Program-made: the position numbers and the translations under genes
Assembly: GCA_951406725.2 (NCBI GenBank)
Contig: OX597824.1
Location: forward strand, 24,180,001 to 24,244,000
DNA from: Octopus vulgaris
Taxonomy: Eukaryota
Direction: 5' to 3'
DNA length: 64,000 nt
Part shown: positions 44,500 through 56,163 of the stretch, one piece after another
Position numbering within the stretch: the stretch's first letter is position 1
How the letters are laid out: each line of letters starts with the position of its first letter
Notes under the pieces: model-generated
The model's input: only the letters and a program-made list of their open reading frames with translations
Told to the model about the DNA's origin: nothing
The model's database searches: none

Positions 44500-45190
44500 T
44501 CTCTTTATTCCACCTCTCTATGATGTATCACAATGACATGGTGGATGTCGTGGATAGATGGTGAATATTTGCGCATCACCAATGAAACCATTGACAAGTG
44601 ACAACCAACCTATTTTCCAACACTGGCCGAAACTTTGACATCTGCATTTAGCAATGTTATGGGCCAGAAATTATCTATGTGGTTCATCCTGTTTGAACCC
44701 TTTCTCAGCAACGTTACCGCTCTTCGGCCCACAGAACTAGAAAATTTCCCGTTCTGTTACCTGATGCCAAGAGGTTTCCGAGCAAGTTTTTCAAGCAAAA
44801 GTAAAGCTCGTAGGGTAAACCATCAAAATCAGACGCTTCATATCCCGTGCGGTTAATTATTGATTCCCGTATTTCCGGGGCTTCTTGCAACACTTTGTTT
44901 CCCTTGCTGAGAGTCGCTCGACTAGCATGCACCAATTATGGTCCACCAAAAACCGAACGGTGGTTTTGTTGCCACGTTGCACCTCCATCACTCGGTTCCA
45001 TCTCTCAGCATTGTCCTCTCGCGTCTCACAGCAGGCATCTAGATCTGACAATGCAGACTTCATGCTTTGCATTAAAGAATTGATGCGATTCCTTTCCTAA
45101 GCGCCTCTTGTAGGTTTCTCAGTCTCCCTCTGTTCAATTTTCTCTATCGCCTTTAGGTTCTTCAACTTAATCGATTCTAATCTAAACTAG
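44500..45190 (-). pseudogene. Tx1/L1-like ORF2 fragment (duplicate of 34670-35350)
   Basis: SDFDGLPYELY, NFWPITLLNADVK. Confidence 0.7.
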
Positions 45191-45227
45191 AAAGGACAAC
45201 TCATCTTTTGTGGCAGATTTACTAATT

Positions 45228-46958
45228 TCCAAAAAAATTTTTCAAAAATTTTTGAGGGATATTTTTTCAAAACTTTTTGAGAAAAATTTTCAAAAATTTT
45301 GGGGGAAAATTTTCAAAAATTTTTGAGAATTTCCAAAAGTTTTTTAGGAAAATTTTCAAAGAATTTTGGGAAAATTTTCAAATATTTTTGAGGAAAATTT
45401 TCAAGCACAGAGGAAAATTTTCAAAAACATTTTTCAAAAATTTTTGGGAAATTTTTCAAAAACTTTTGGGGAGAATTTTCAAAACTTCTTGAGGAAATTT
45501 TCCGAAAAGATTTTCCGAAAATTTTTGGGAAAAATTTTCAAAAATATTTGAGGAAAATTATGAAATGTTCTTGAAAAATTTTCAAAAAATTTTTCAAAAA
45601 AAGATTGCCACAGATTGCCGGTATTTGCCAGACATTGCCGGAAATTGTCGGAGATTGCCGGATATTGCGGGAAATTATCGGAAACTGCCGGAAATTGGCA
45701 GAGATTGCCGAGTATTGCCAGAAATTACTGGATATTGCCGGAGATTATCGGAGTTTGCCAGAGATTGCCGGAAATTACCGGAGATTGCCGTAAATTGCCT
45801 AAGATTGCCGGAAATTACCGGAAATTGCCGGACATTGGCGGAAATTGCAGAAGATTGCCGAATTTGTCGGAGATTACCGGAAATTACCGGAACTTGCCGG
45901 AGATTACCGGAGTTTACCGGAAATATGCGAAGTTTGCCGTAGATACCCGGGGTTTTCAAAAAGTTTTGCGAAAAATTTTCAAAAATTATTGGGTACATTT
46001 TCAAAAATTTTTGACGAAAATTTTCAAAAATTTTCCTTAAATTTTAGGGGAAAATTTTCAAAAATTTTTCAAAAGGTTTTGGAGAAATTTTTCAAAAATT
46101 TTTCAAAAATTTTCCTTAAATTTTAGGAAAATTTTCAAAAATTTTTCAAAAGGTTTTGGAGAAATTTTTGAAAAATTTTTCAGGAAAATTTTCAAAAATT
46201 TTTCAAAAATTTTTGGTAAGTTTTCAAAAGATTTTTGAAACATTTTTCAAAAATTTTTGTGCAAAATTGGGGGAAAGTTTTTGAGGGAAATTTTCAAAAA
46301 ATTTTTCAAAAATTTTTGTGGAAACTTGTCAAAAAATTTTTGAAAACTTTTTGGGAAAAATTTTTGAAAATTTTCGAGGAACATTTTCAAAGAATTTTTT
46401 TAAATTTTTGGGAAAGTTATAAAAAATTTTAAGGAAAATTTTTTTAAATATTTCAAAAAAATTTGGGAAAAATTTTCAAAAATTGACGATAGTTTTCAAA
46501 ATTTTTTTTTTGATTTTTGGGAAAGGTTTTCAAAAGTTTTTGAGGAAAAGTTTTAAAATATTTTTGAGTACAATTTTCAAAAAAAATTTTTAAGGAAAAT
46601 TGTAAATTTTTTTGCAAAATTTTATAAAATTTTTGAAAAAAAGATTGCCGGAGATTGCCGAAGATTGCCGGAAATTGTCGTTAATTACCAGACATTGCTG
46701 GAGATAGCCGGAAATTATCGGAAATTTCCGGAGATTGCCGGAAATAACCAGATATTGCCGGAAATTGCCGTAGATTACCGGAGTTTGCCGCAAATTGTCC
46801 GAGATCACCGGAAATTGCTGGAGATTGCCGGAATTTACCGGAAATATCCGAAGTTTGCCGGAGATACACGGGGTTTTCCAAAATGTTTAGGAAAAATTTT
46901 CAAAGATTTTTGAGGAAAATTTTCAAAAGGTTTTTTCGAAAATTTGGTTGGAAAATTT
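45228..46958. repeat. Composite satellite insertion: AAAATTTT(C/G) blocks alternating with (GGARATTGCC)n 10-mer blocks
   Basis: Absent from copy 1, where it replaces about 50 bp. 10-mer blocks at 45603-45950 and 46642-46872. Confidence 0.85.
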
Positions 46959-47229
46959 TTGCAGTAACCGGCTTCCAGTCTACGACGCTTATCTAGGTCG
47001 ACCGTGTAGATGACAAATTTGGATTACGTGTAGCTGAACATTTTGAAATATGGATCACCTATGCTATCATTATCAACTGACCTGTAGAATACTCTATCTA
47101 GATACGAACCTACACGACCTGATGCGGTTTGCCTATGTGCACACTGGCTTTGGATCAAAATTATTATAAAATAAATGCATATTGTAATAATTTTTTTTTA
47201 AATATATGAATTCCAAATTTTTAAATGAT

Positions 47230-47706
47230 TGTAGTGACGTCATATTTCAGTGTGCGCACACGCAACGTCATTCTTCAGTGTGCGTGTGCGGAACGTCTTT
47301 CTTCAGTGTGCGTGTGCTGGGTTGGAGCCTTCTGGAAAGGCATAAAGAAGTTTCCCCATGCACATGCGCTAGAGACTGAAGAATAAATTCTATAGCGTTC
47401 CTTAATAGCGTTCGGGGACTTGAGGCACGGCGATCGAAGAGAAAGGACGTATTTTCATACGTGTGATCAACCTATTCTCCTGTCCCAGACGCTTGGGATT
47501 TAACCTATCTATTGCTGCTGAATTGTTGTAAGAATGGATACCAGTATACCATTGTGTTTCATTGTTGAATAAGAGAATAAAGAATTATATATTTCTAAAG
47601 TTGCTTTTCGTTCCTGACTGGTAGTTTCTAGAAACAAAAAGAAAGGAAATTGTGTTGCACCAAGTTGCACCCCAAAAGTGTAAAGAAGCAACCAGTTCCC
47701 TTTACA
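47230..47706. mobile_element. Solo LTR (probably Ty3/Gypsy)
   Basis: Starts TGTA, ends TACA, 4-bp TSD TGAT (47226-47229, 47707-47710), 477 bp, internal AATAAA. Empty site present in copy 1 (~35700). Confidence 0.85.
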
Positions 47707-47751
47707 TGATCTTCTGTACTTTGTGGATAATTATGCCTTAATGATTCAGAC

Positions 47752-48052
47752 GTGGAGGCACATGGCCCAGTGGTTAGAGCAGCGGACTCGCGGTCGAGGG
47801 ATCGTGGGTTCGAATCACAGACCGGGCGATGTGTGTGTTTATGAGCGAAACACCTAAGCTCCACGCGGCTCCAGCAGAAGGTAATGGCGAACTTCTGCTG
47901 ACTCTTTCACCACAACTTTTTCTCACTCTTTCCTCCTGCACCTTGCAGTTCACCTGGGACGGACCGGTCCCGTCCAAGGTGGGGAACCTATACGCCAAGA
48001 AAACCGGGAAACCGGCCCTAATGATCCAGGCGGGGTTCGAAAAGGAACAAAC
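47752..48052 (+). mobile_element. SINE (duplicate of 35744-36041)
   Basis: Same element and same TSD AATGATTCAGACG. Confidence 0.85.
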
Positions 48053-48553
48053 AATGATTCAGACGGACAAAAGTTGTAGCAACTCTCCTGGGATTTCGGA
48101 CTAGATGTGAAGGGATGTAGGAAAACATTAAAAGACATTATGTGTCCGGAGTTGTATGATTATGCTTGCTTCTGTATTTGGTGATCAATCTTTAAAAAAT
48201 CATAACTCATAACATTCCCAAGTTAATTTTGTAGAAGGAAGAAAAATAGGAGGCTTGAATATTCATTTTTTTCGATGACTACAGCGGACTCATTAAACTG
48301 AAGTTACTTCAGGGCATTAAATAAACAGAAGTGACTTCAGATGGAGATTGAAACTAAAACGTCATTCTCAGTTTGTGAATTTAATTAAATCTTCTAAACA
48401 TACCTTTCACCACTAAAGAATAAAAGCAAAATAATCCAATTTCATTTGAAAAATTATCACGTTCAAATAGTATCTTCGTTGTTCCTTTTCAGATTTAAAA
48501 TTTTTGGTGCTCCGTATGCAAGAACTTCAACTCCCACCTCTCTGTTCTTTCGG

Positions 48554-50484
48554 AACACCTGGAGGAAAATCTACCCACGTGTGTTGTGAGTTATTTTGTA
48601 TGTGAAAATTGGAAAAAAAAACTGTTAAAAATTGGAAAAAAATTGAATCGCGCGAGGCGTTTGCCGCTGCGTGTTTGAACCTTTTATAGAAGGTGTGTCG
48701 ACCCTCAAGTCATGGAGACTTACGCGGGGGTCGCCACAACAAAAAGTGACGAGTCACTTAGAATAAAAGAAGTGTTCATTAGAAAAGAACAATTGAAGGA
48801 ATACGAGAAGTACGTCAAAAGGGAAGGTGACAGCGTGAAGCTGGTCCCGCCTGTGGAAACAATAGAAGAGAGAAATAACAAGACGATAACGTATAGAACG
48901 CAAGATAGAAACACGAGAAAACTGGTGAGAGTGACGATTGAAGAAATAGAGAAATGTCTGGGGGACATCATGAAAAAAGCGACTTTTGTAGACAGAGGGA
49001 AGAAATATGGTACGGTGGAGGTGAGATGCGCAACAAAGGAAGTGGCGGCCTCATTGGCTTCCACTGTCCTGAAAGCGGAAAATTTCACCATGTGGCCGAC
49101 GTATAAAGGAAGACGAGGGGTACGGGTAAGAGTCCCAAAGGTGCCCCCAGATATTAAAACAGAAATGCTGGTAACAGCCATTATTGGGGCAGCAAAAGAG
49201 GAAGTAGAAATAGGGTCAATTAAGGAGACGAACGTTGTAAATTGGAAGGGATTCGAGTAGAGTTGTGGCTGATGGCCACAATGGAAGACATCGAAAGATT
49301 TCCCTTCCAAATAGAAATAGAAAACGAGAAAACAATTAGTGTAATAGTGGAAGGCAGAAAACCGAATTGCTACCTGTGCGGATCAAGAGGGCACATAAAA
49401 AGGAATGCCCGCTGTATGAATTCACAGCGGAGCAAAAAGAGACACAAAGTGGAGAGAAGGAAAACGAACACGAAGGAAAGAACAGCGAAAACAAGGAAAA
49501 GGAAATAACGGAGAAACAACAAGAGAAGGGAAGTAACAGCGCACTGAAGGAAAATGAAAACAAAGGGAAGAAGATAGTAGAAAAGGAACAAAATTCACAG
49601 GGTGCAGAAGTAGTGGAGAAGGAGCCAAGGCAGAAGCAAGAGAAAGAAAAGGAAAGTACATTAAAGGAAAGAGAAAAAGCAGGAAAAGAACAAGAGAAGG
49701 AACAGAACCAAGAGAAAGGAAAAGATGGTATGCAAAAAGGAAAAGAAACAACAGGAAAGGAATTCAAGGCACAGGGTAGAGAGACGGCAGACAAAGAGCC
49801 AAAAAGACAAGAGAAGGAAAAAGAAAGAAGAGAAAGCAAAAAGAGAGAAAGAGAGAAACCGAGGGAGGAGAAAAAAGAGGAAGTAAGTCCTAAGAGAAAA
49901 ACTAGAGAAAACGTAGGTACGAATAGAAAATTCAAATACTATGGAACGTTGATCCATCACAGGCACTGTGAGGAGATGGAAGATTTAATAAACGTAACAA
50001 ACGGATATACGTGGGTCAGGATGGGCACCGAATGGAAAGAAACAGGTGCACTCGTCCACGAGAACGACGCCGAGGCGTTCATCGAGGCAGCTGGCAAGAA
50101 CGTGTCAAAACATATGAAATGCCGACTTACAAGGTGGCCACGAACAATGGAAGTTTACTCAGATTTGGTAGAGATAATGGAGTATATATAAAAGAAAAGG
50201 TATTGTGAAAACTTTAATTTGGAAATGATAAAAAGAACTTTAAATTCTGGAAAAAAAAAATGTTGAACTTTGTAAAATTTTTGAAATGTATGTTGAAAAT
50301 GTATAAAAATGTTTTATTTGGAAAATATTGTTGACGAATAAAAAACAAATGACGAAATGTAACCGCTCGATTTCGGGGATCGAGTGGGCATTACACCACA
50401 TTGTACAAACTTCATAATTCATTATTCATTTTCCCGATTGTATTGTCCCATCTATGTTCGCCCCTTGTGGGTAATAATAAAACA
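48554..50484 (+). mobile_element. ORF1-only (zinc-knuckle) non-LTR retroelement, copy 4, apparently full length
   Basis: 18-bp TSD ACCTCTCTGTTCTTTCGG (48536-48553, 50485-50502). Empty site in copy 1 (~36546-36563). Single ORF, ~290-bp 3' UTR, A-rich tail, no EN/RT. Confidence 0.92.
48712..50191 (+). pseudogene. ORF1/gag-like protein (~490 aa, two frameshifts): RRM-like region, CCHC knuckle, K/E-rich spacer, C-terminal domain
   Basis: FVDRGKKYGTVEVRC, PTYKGRRGVRVRVPKVPPDI, VEGRKPNCYLCGSRGHIK/KECP. Frameshifts near 49255 and 49400. Confidence 0.85.
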
Positions 50485-50674
50485 ACCTCTCTGTTCTTTC
50501 GGTTTATTAGTTGATGAAATTATTTCAATATGTGAACCATTCCGTTAAGTTTAGCCTTTTGTAGTTATAGGGGTGTTAAATTGAAAAAAAAAGAAAATTA
50601 AATCAAAATTAATTTATTACCCCCCTCAAAATCACACCCTTCAGTTTGAGACTGTCTTCGAACATACGATCACC

Positions 50675-50700
50675 ATTGGCTAACACGGAGTAGTATAAGA
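50675..50700 (+). promoter_or_regulatory. Putative promoter of alpha-tubulin copy 2
   Basis: ATTGG 50675-50679, TATAAGA 50694-50700. Confidence 0.5.
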
Positions 50701-50811
50701 GTAAGAGTAGGAGGAGAATAAAAATATTACTATTTGTAGCAAGGCCATGAGCAAAACCACAGTCTTGTTTATTGACTCCACTTTGAACGGTACAGAAACA
50801 GCGCGACAACA

Positions 50812-50814
50812 ATG
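50812..50814 (+). CDS. TUBA: Alpha-tubulin copy 2, exon 1 coding part (ATG only)
   Basis: AACA-ATG|GTAAAT, equivalent to 36871. Confidence 0.6.
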
Positions 50815-51784
50815 GTAAATTTGCTACGGTTTATTTCTAGTCTGTCTCTCCAAATTTATAGGAAATCCAGTTTTGAATATAATAACCTTTATTCACATTT
50901 ACAAAATATTTTTTGCATATTTATTAGTGAAATTCTTTTCTTGCTTTCGCAATGTTTATATGGTTGCTATTATGTTAAACTGTCGTACGTCTAAATTTAG
51001 CCAAATACGTTTTATTCAGTATTTATTTTTATTTGCAATAGCCGGTTCTTTTGGTCGAAATTATCAGGATCTCTAGTTGCTTCAGATGGCAAGATATCGA
51101 AAATTGTCAAAGTGTAGTACAACGGTTTTCCTGTGGAATGATGAAACTTCTTTTTTCCTTTTGAAAAAGCAGCGGTTGGGACTTTCGACCCTTTTGCATA
51201 ATAGCAACAAATACTGAATTTTTAAAATAGATTTTTCATCTAGATTTCAAAGCAATATGTGACAGCCAAAAGTTGCCATGTAACAACATACGACATTACA
51301 TGAAGAACGAACGTATAGAAAACTCTAAAAGCATTTAGATAAAAAAAAAACCCTTTGATTTTTAGTTAGTATGTCGTTAGGAATTTTTTAAAATCAGTGA
51401 TTTTGTCTAGAGCTACATAACAGCGACCGTGAGAACTTAGAGAAAAACTCTTCAAAATTTACAACGAAGGAATATAGACTTATACAATTCCTCTTCATTA
51501 GAAACATTACCCCTCTATTCGCATCCCTTGCTTATAATTAACCCATTAACAATTTTTGTATTAAAAAAACTGCATTTAATTTTAATTCGGTCTACATTAA
51601 CCATTTTCTAGTCTTCACAAAATTGTATTTAGAACTATATAAAAAAATATTAAATACAATTTTGAATTTAAATCGTTTGTCATAATTTACTAATATTTTC
51701 ATTTACTTAATATAGTCTCTATTGTGAAACTGCAATATTTTCTGGGTATGTTTTCCGTGTCTGCCGTACAGCTTTTACTGTTAA

Positions 51785-52334
51785 CACGTCGGGTCTCTAG
51801 ACTCATTTTTACGTTTTATCCCAGGGTCCCAATTTGATATCCTAATTTTGACATGAGCGGCGTAATATTTTTACACTATACTAAGGCAAGGATTGCAGTG
51901 TTAGATACCCACGTCCCACCGGAGAGTCGTTTGGTACCCTAGTTCATATCACATCTTAGATACCACACCGTGTCAATTAAAAATTTTAGCTCTTCTATTG
52001 GAAGATCTCGAAATACTTTTTTCAGAAAGAACTATTTTGATTTCCATGGCAAGTAAAATATTTTTTTATTTCTATTGGATAATTTTTTTTTTTTTTCAAA
52101 AGAATTAGCTATTTTTGTTTGAGACAATTTTGTCATTGAATCTTTTTCTTCATGGTGAAATCAGAAGAAAAACGAAAATATAAAGTCTATTAAATATATA
52201 AAGTCTCTTAGCAAAAGTACAAATCAAAGAAATCGGAACATACCAGCTTTAAGAAAGCCCATGACAAAGAGAAAAAAACCCCACCGGCTGGTAGGTCGCT
52301 AACAGCACCGGCAGGACTTCTGGGAGCCAACGTG
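51785..52334. mobile_element. piggyBac-type MITE (duplicate of 37841-38372)
   Basis: TTAA TSD and CACGT TIR. Confidence 0.65.
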
Positions 52335-54033
52335 TTAACGGATCTTCGGTTATCACGCTATCGAAATCGAAATATGTAACTTGTAAGTGGTTATTTCGGT
52401 GTCTTTTGTGACCGACTGAGGCTCTCTAATTAAGGGTGGGAGGAAGGGGATAAAGTGAGTAATTTCTGATTTCTCGTTATTTTCTCATCTGTTTGAAATC
52501 ATTCCATTGTAAGTACTGCATCATTATGTGTTACAACATTATATTTAGGCGTAAATGAAGTGGCGAGCTGGCAGAAACGTTAGCACGCCTGGCGAAATGC
52601 GTAGCCGTATTTCGTCTGCCGTTACGTTCTGAGTTCAAATTCCGTCGGGGTCGACTTTGCCTTTCCTTTCGGGGTCGATAAATTAAGTACCAGTTATTCA
52701 CTGGATTCGATATAATTGACTTAATCCATTTGTCTGTCCTTGTGTGTCCTCTGTGTTTAGCCCCTTGTGGTTAGTAAAGAAATATATATTTAGGCGTAAA
52801 AATTGGCCAGTGTAGTTAAGTCTGAAACCTAATCCGGAGATAGTTTTTGTTTTCAAGAATTTTTTCCTCGACTTTAACCTAATTGTGATTGAAGTTAATA
52901 AAATAACTAGCTAATTTTTAACAATATATTCTTGTCTCTGCTGGATTGCAAATAAATTTTTTCACACGCTAATTTGATAATTATCACGTTTCAAAAAATG
53001 TCTAAAATAGTGTAAAAGGAGTAATTAATTTCAATCCCACTTTAACTACCTCGTGTGTAAATCTCTCAGGAAGAGATACCCCAGCAGATCGTGAAGAAAC
53101 TGTAGAGAATATTTTATCTTTGGTTGAGTTTCGCTATTTTCATATGTATCGTTTTCCTTTGATCGCCTTTCATTTGACCGAGGTGTTTAATTTTTTTTTA
53201 GTTTTTGATCTTTCTGGTGTCTAACGATAAATATTGATGTACGAGTCTGTTTTCGAATGAGATTCTGGAGAATTGAAGAGGCAGATTTATCCTATTTTGG
53301 TTTACTCATTTGGCTCCAGCCAAATTTGTTTTATATACTCAGAACGGTGATAATTGAAATGTTAATCAGATTATTTTTTAAAGAATTTAGGGAAGGCCAT
53401 TTGCTTAACTGATATAGTTTTCGTAAGGGAGCGCACATTAAAAAATATTGTCATTGTGCACTTTCCCTTACAGTTTATTTGACGGGCGTCCACATGGCCA
53501 CCGCTAAATCCATTTCCGTTTGTTAGATTGACCCACAGCTATACTGGAAGAAACTGTCTCGATGTAAAGTGGTGTTGAAATGAAGTAGAACGGAATACTT
53601 ACATTAAACATGAAGGTTGTTTTAAAATATTTGTGTGCTTAATTAGATTTGAATTTATAAATATTGTGCTATTATCTCTTGTGGTATAATGGTTTAGTTC
53701 TGACAACTCATTTCAGTTATTTTAATTTCTCCAAAAAAACATTTTAAAGGTCCTCATGTAGCTCTGCATGGCTCTTGTTGAAACCTCACGAAACCTTGTT
53801 GGCGAAAATTTGTGTTAAAAATGCGTTTCAGTTACCATTTCTATCTTTTCCAAATTTAGAGTTCGCGTGATATAAACATTTTGTTAATCAATAGGGTATG
53901 ATCGGAAGGAATTTGACTGCTATTTCTAACAGGCAGTACACCACGGCGATGCTCCCTTTTGGGCTCAACTCCCACTTTTGTCCGATTTCTCTAGCTTGTA
54001 AAATAATTCTATTATACAACTTTTTTTTTTCAG

Positions 54034-55862
54034 AGAGAATGTATCAGCGTTCACATAGGACAAGCAGGCGTCCAAATAGGTAACGCCTGTTGGGAGCTCT
54101 ATTGCCTTGAACATGGAATCCAACAAAATGGTCAAGTATCATTTGAATCTTCCGGTGCTAATGATTCGTCTAGCACGTTCTTTCATGAGATAGGCTCTGG
54201 GAAACGTGTCCCCAGAGCCATATTCGTCGATTTGGAGCCCTCAGTTATCGGTAAGTATAAACGTTTCAAAATTGTATTTACAAAAATAAATTAAACAAGG
54301 AATTGCCCTGTCGCGCATTTAATGTTCTGGTTAATCAATCTTCTATGTTTTTCTGTGTTGGAAAAAAAACTCGAAGATTTGTGATGAAGCAGTGGTTCCT
54401 TTTTTACTGCTATATTTCCGAACGCCGTTTTCTTGAATATTGGAAAATATTTCAAAATTCTGTTGTACAACAGAACTGATCACGGCAGTAAAATGTGTCG
54501 ACTATAAAATCGGTTAAATGTGAGTTGAATAGTAAGTGTTTATGTATCCGGTATTTGAATGTAAATATTGTTAGCAGTATATTCTGAGGAATGTCGTACA
54601 TGGAAGTATTTTGTTGAACTGATAAAGCAAGTAACTGTCTGAGAATCTCTACATTTCATACTCCTCTAATATAAGAAAACTCTTTTAATTTTTATATTGC
54701 CAGTTTGATATATTATTGCTCAAAATCTTATTTTCCAGATGAAATACGCGTTGGAAAATACAGCCAGTTATTTCACCCGAACCAACTCATCAGTGGTAAA
54801 GAGGATGCAGCCAACAATTACGCCAGGGGTCACTATACCGTTGGCAAGGAAATAATTGATTCGGTCTGTGACCAAATTCATAAAGTAACTGAACAATGCT
54901 CTGGCCTCCAGGGCTTCTTGATTTTTCATAGTTTCGGTGGCGGCACCGGTTCTGGTTTTACGTCTCTGCTAATGGAGCGCCTGAGTGTTGACTTTGGTAA
55001 AAAGACAAAGCTTCAATTTTCAGTCTATCCGGCACCACGAATTTCTACAGCTGTAGTAGAACCGTACAATTCCGTCTTAACCACTCATACCACTCTAGAG
55101 CATTGTGACTGCGCTTTCATGGTCGACAATGAAGCAATTTATGATATCTGTAAAAAGCATTTAGATGTTGGGTATCCAAGATACATCAACCTTAATCGTC
55201 CGATTGCTCAGGTAGTGAGCTCTATTACTGCTTCTCTAAGGTTTGATGGGTCCCTTAATGTTGATTTAACCGAGTTTCAAACCAACCTTGTACCTTATCC
55301 GCGTATTCATTTCCCATTGATTTCGTATGCACCAATAATATCGGTTGAGAAAGCGTACCACGAGCAGTTAAATGTTTCTGAAATAACAAACGCGTGCTTT
55401 GAAACCGGTAATCAGATGGTTAAATGTGACCCTCACCGTGGGAAGTACATGGCTTGTTGTATGTTGTACCGAGGCGATGTGGTCTCGAAAGATGTTAACG
55501 TTGCTATTGCAGCAATTAAAAATAAAAAATCCATCAAGTTTGTGGATTGGTGCCCAACAGGGTTTAAAGTTGGTATCAATTCCCAATCCCCAACCGTTGT
55601 CCCTGGAGGAGATATGGCCAAGGTCCAACGGGCCGTGTGCTCGCTGAGCAATACGACAGCTATTGCTGACGCTTGGGCCCGTCTGAATCGTAAATTTGAC
55701 TTAATGTATGCCAAGCGAGCTTTTGTTCATTGGTATGTTGGTGAAGGTATGGAGGAAGGTGAGTTTTCGGAAGCGCGCGAAGATTTGGCTGCGTTGGAGA
55801 AAGATTATGAAGAAGTTGGTATTGATTCAGCTGAAACGGAAGATGAGATAGAAGAATATTAA
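54034..55862 (+). CDS. TUBA: Alpha-tubulin copy 2, exon 2 (54034-54250) and exon 3 (54739-55862); 447 aa including exon 1
   Basis: Same structure as copy 1, intact frame, ends DEIEEY. Confidence 0.95.
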
Positions 55863-56030
55863 ATATTATATATAAACTTTATTATAAATCGATTGAGAGG
55901 TATATTATACACATGTGAATATATTGCTCCGCTATTAAACTAAAGAATCATTTTGAGATATTAAAATCTCATTGTCTTGTTTTATGTTGCATATTCAAAA
56001 TAAAGATCTTTTTTTTTTTAATATTGCAGC

Positions 56031-56163
56031 ATGGAAGGTGTTTATAAACCATTAAAAAAAAATTAAAACATACAAATACCGTTATATTCAATTCAACTTT
56101 CAAATTTAATTTGTCAAAATAATTTCGTCGCTTTGACATCGCGACCTGTTCACCGACAAAATT
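56031..56163 (-). repeat. Second copy of the hammerhead-like dispersed repeat
   Basis: Minus strand: TTTGTCG-GTGAACA-G-GTCGC(GATGTCAAA)GCGAC-GAA-ATTATT-T-TGACAAA. Confidence 0.6.

Larger units (their letters stand above)
44303..56010 (+). repeat. Segmental duplication, copy 2 (three extra insertions)
   Basis: Colinear with 34471-42040 apart from the insertions at 45228-46958, 47230-47706 and 48554-50484. Confidence 0.92.

Noticed and set aside
45565-46913. LPEIAGNCRK-repeat ORFs, and a possible CRISPR-like array
   Set aside because: The 10-bp period gives the same peptide in all three frames. There are no unique spacers or cas genes, and the context is eukaryotic.
34471-56010. Duplication as a pure haplotype mis-assembly
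   Set aside because: The 3' coding ends, UTRs and downstream flanks are too diverged for alleles. Not fully excluded for the 5' part without long reads.
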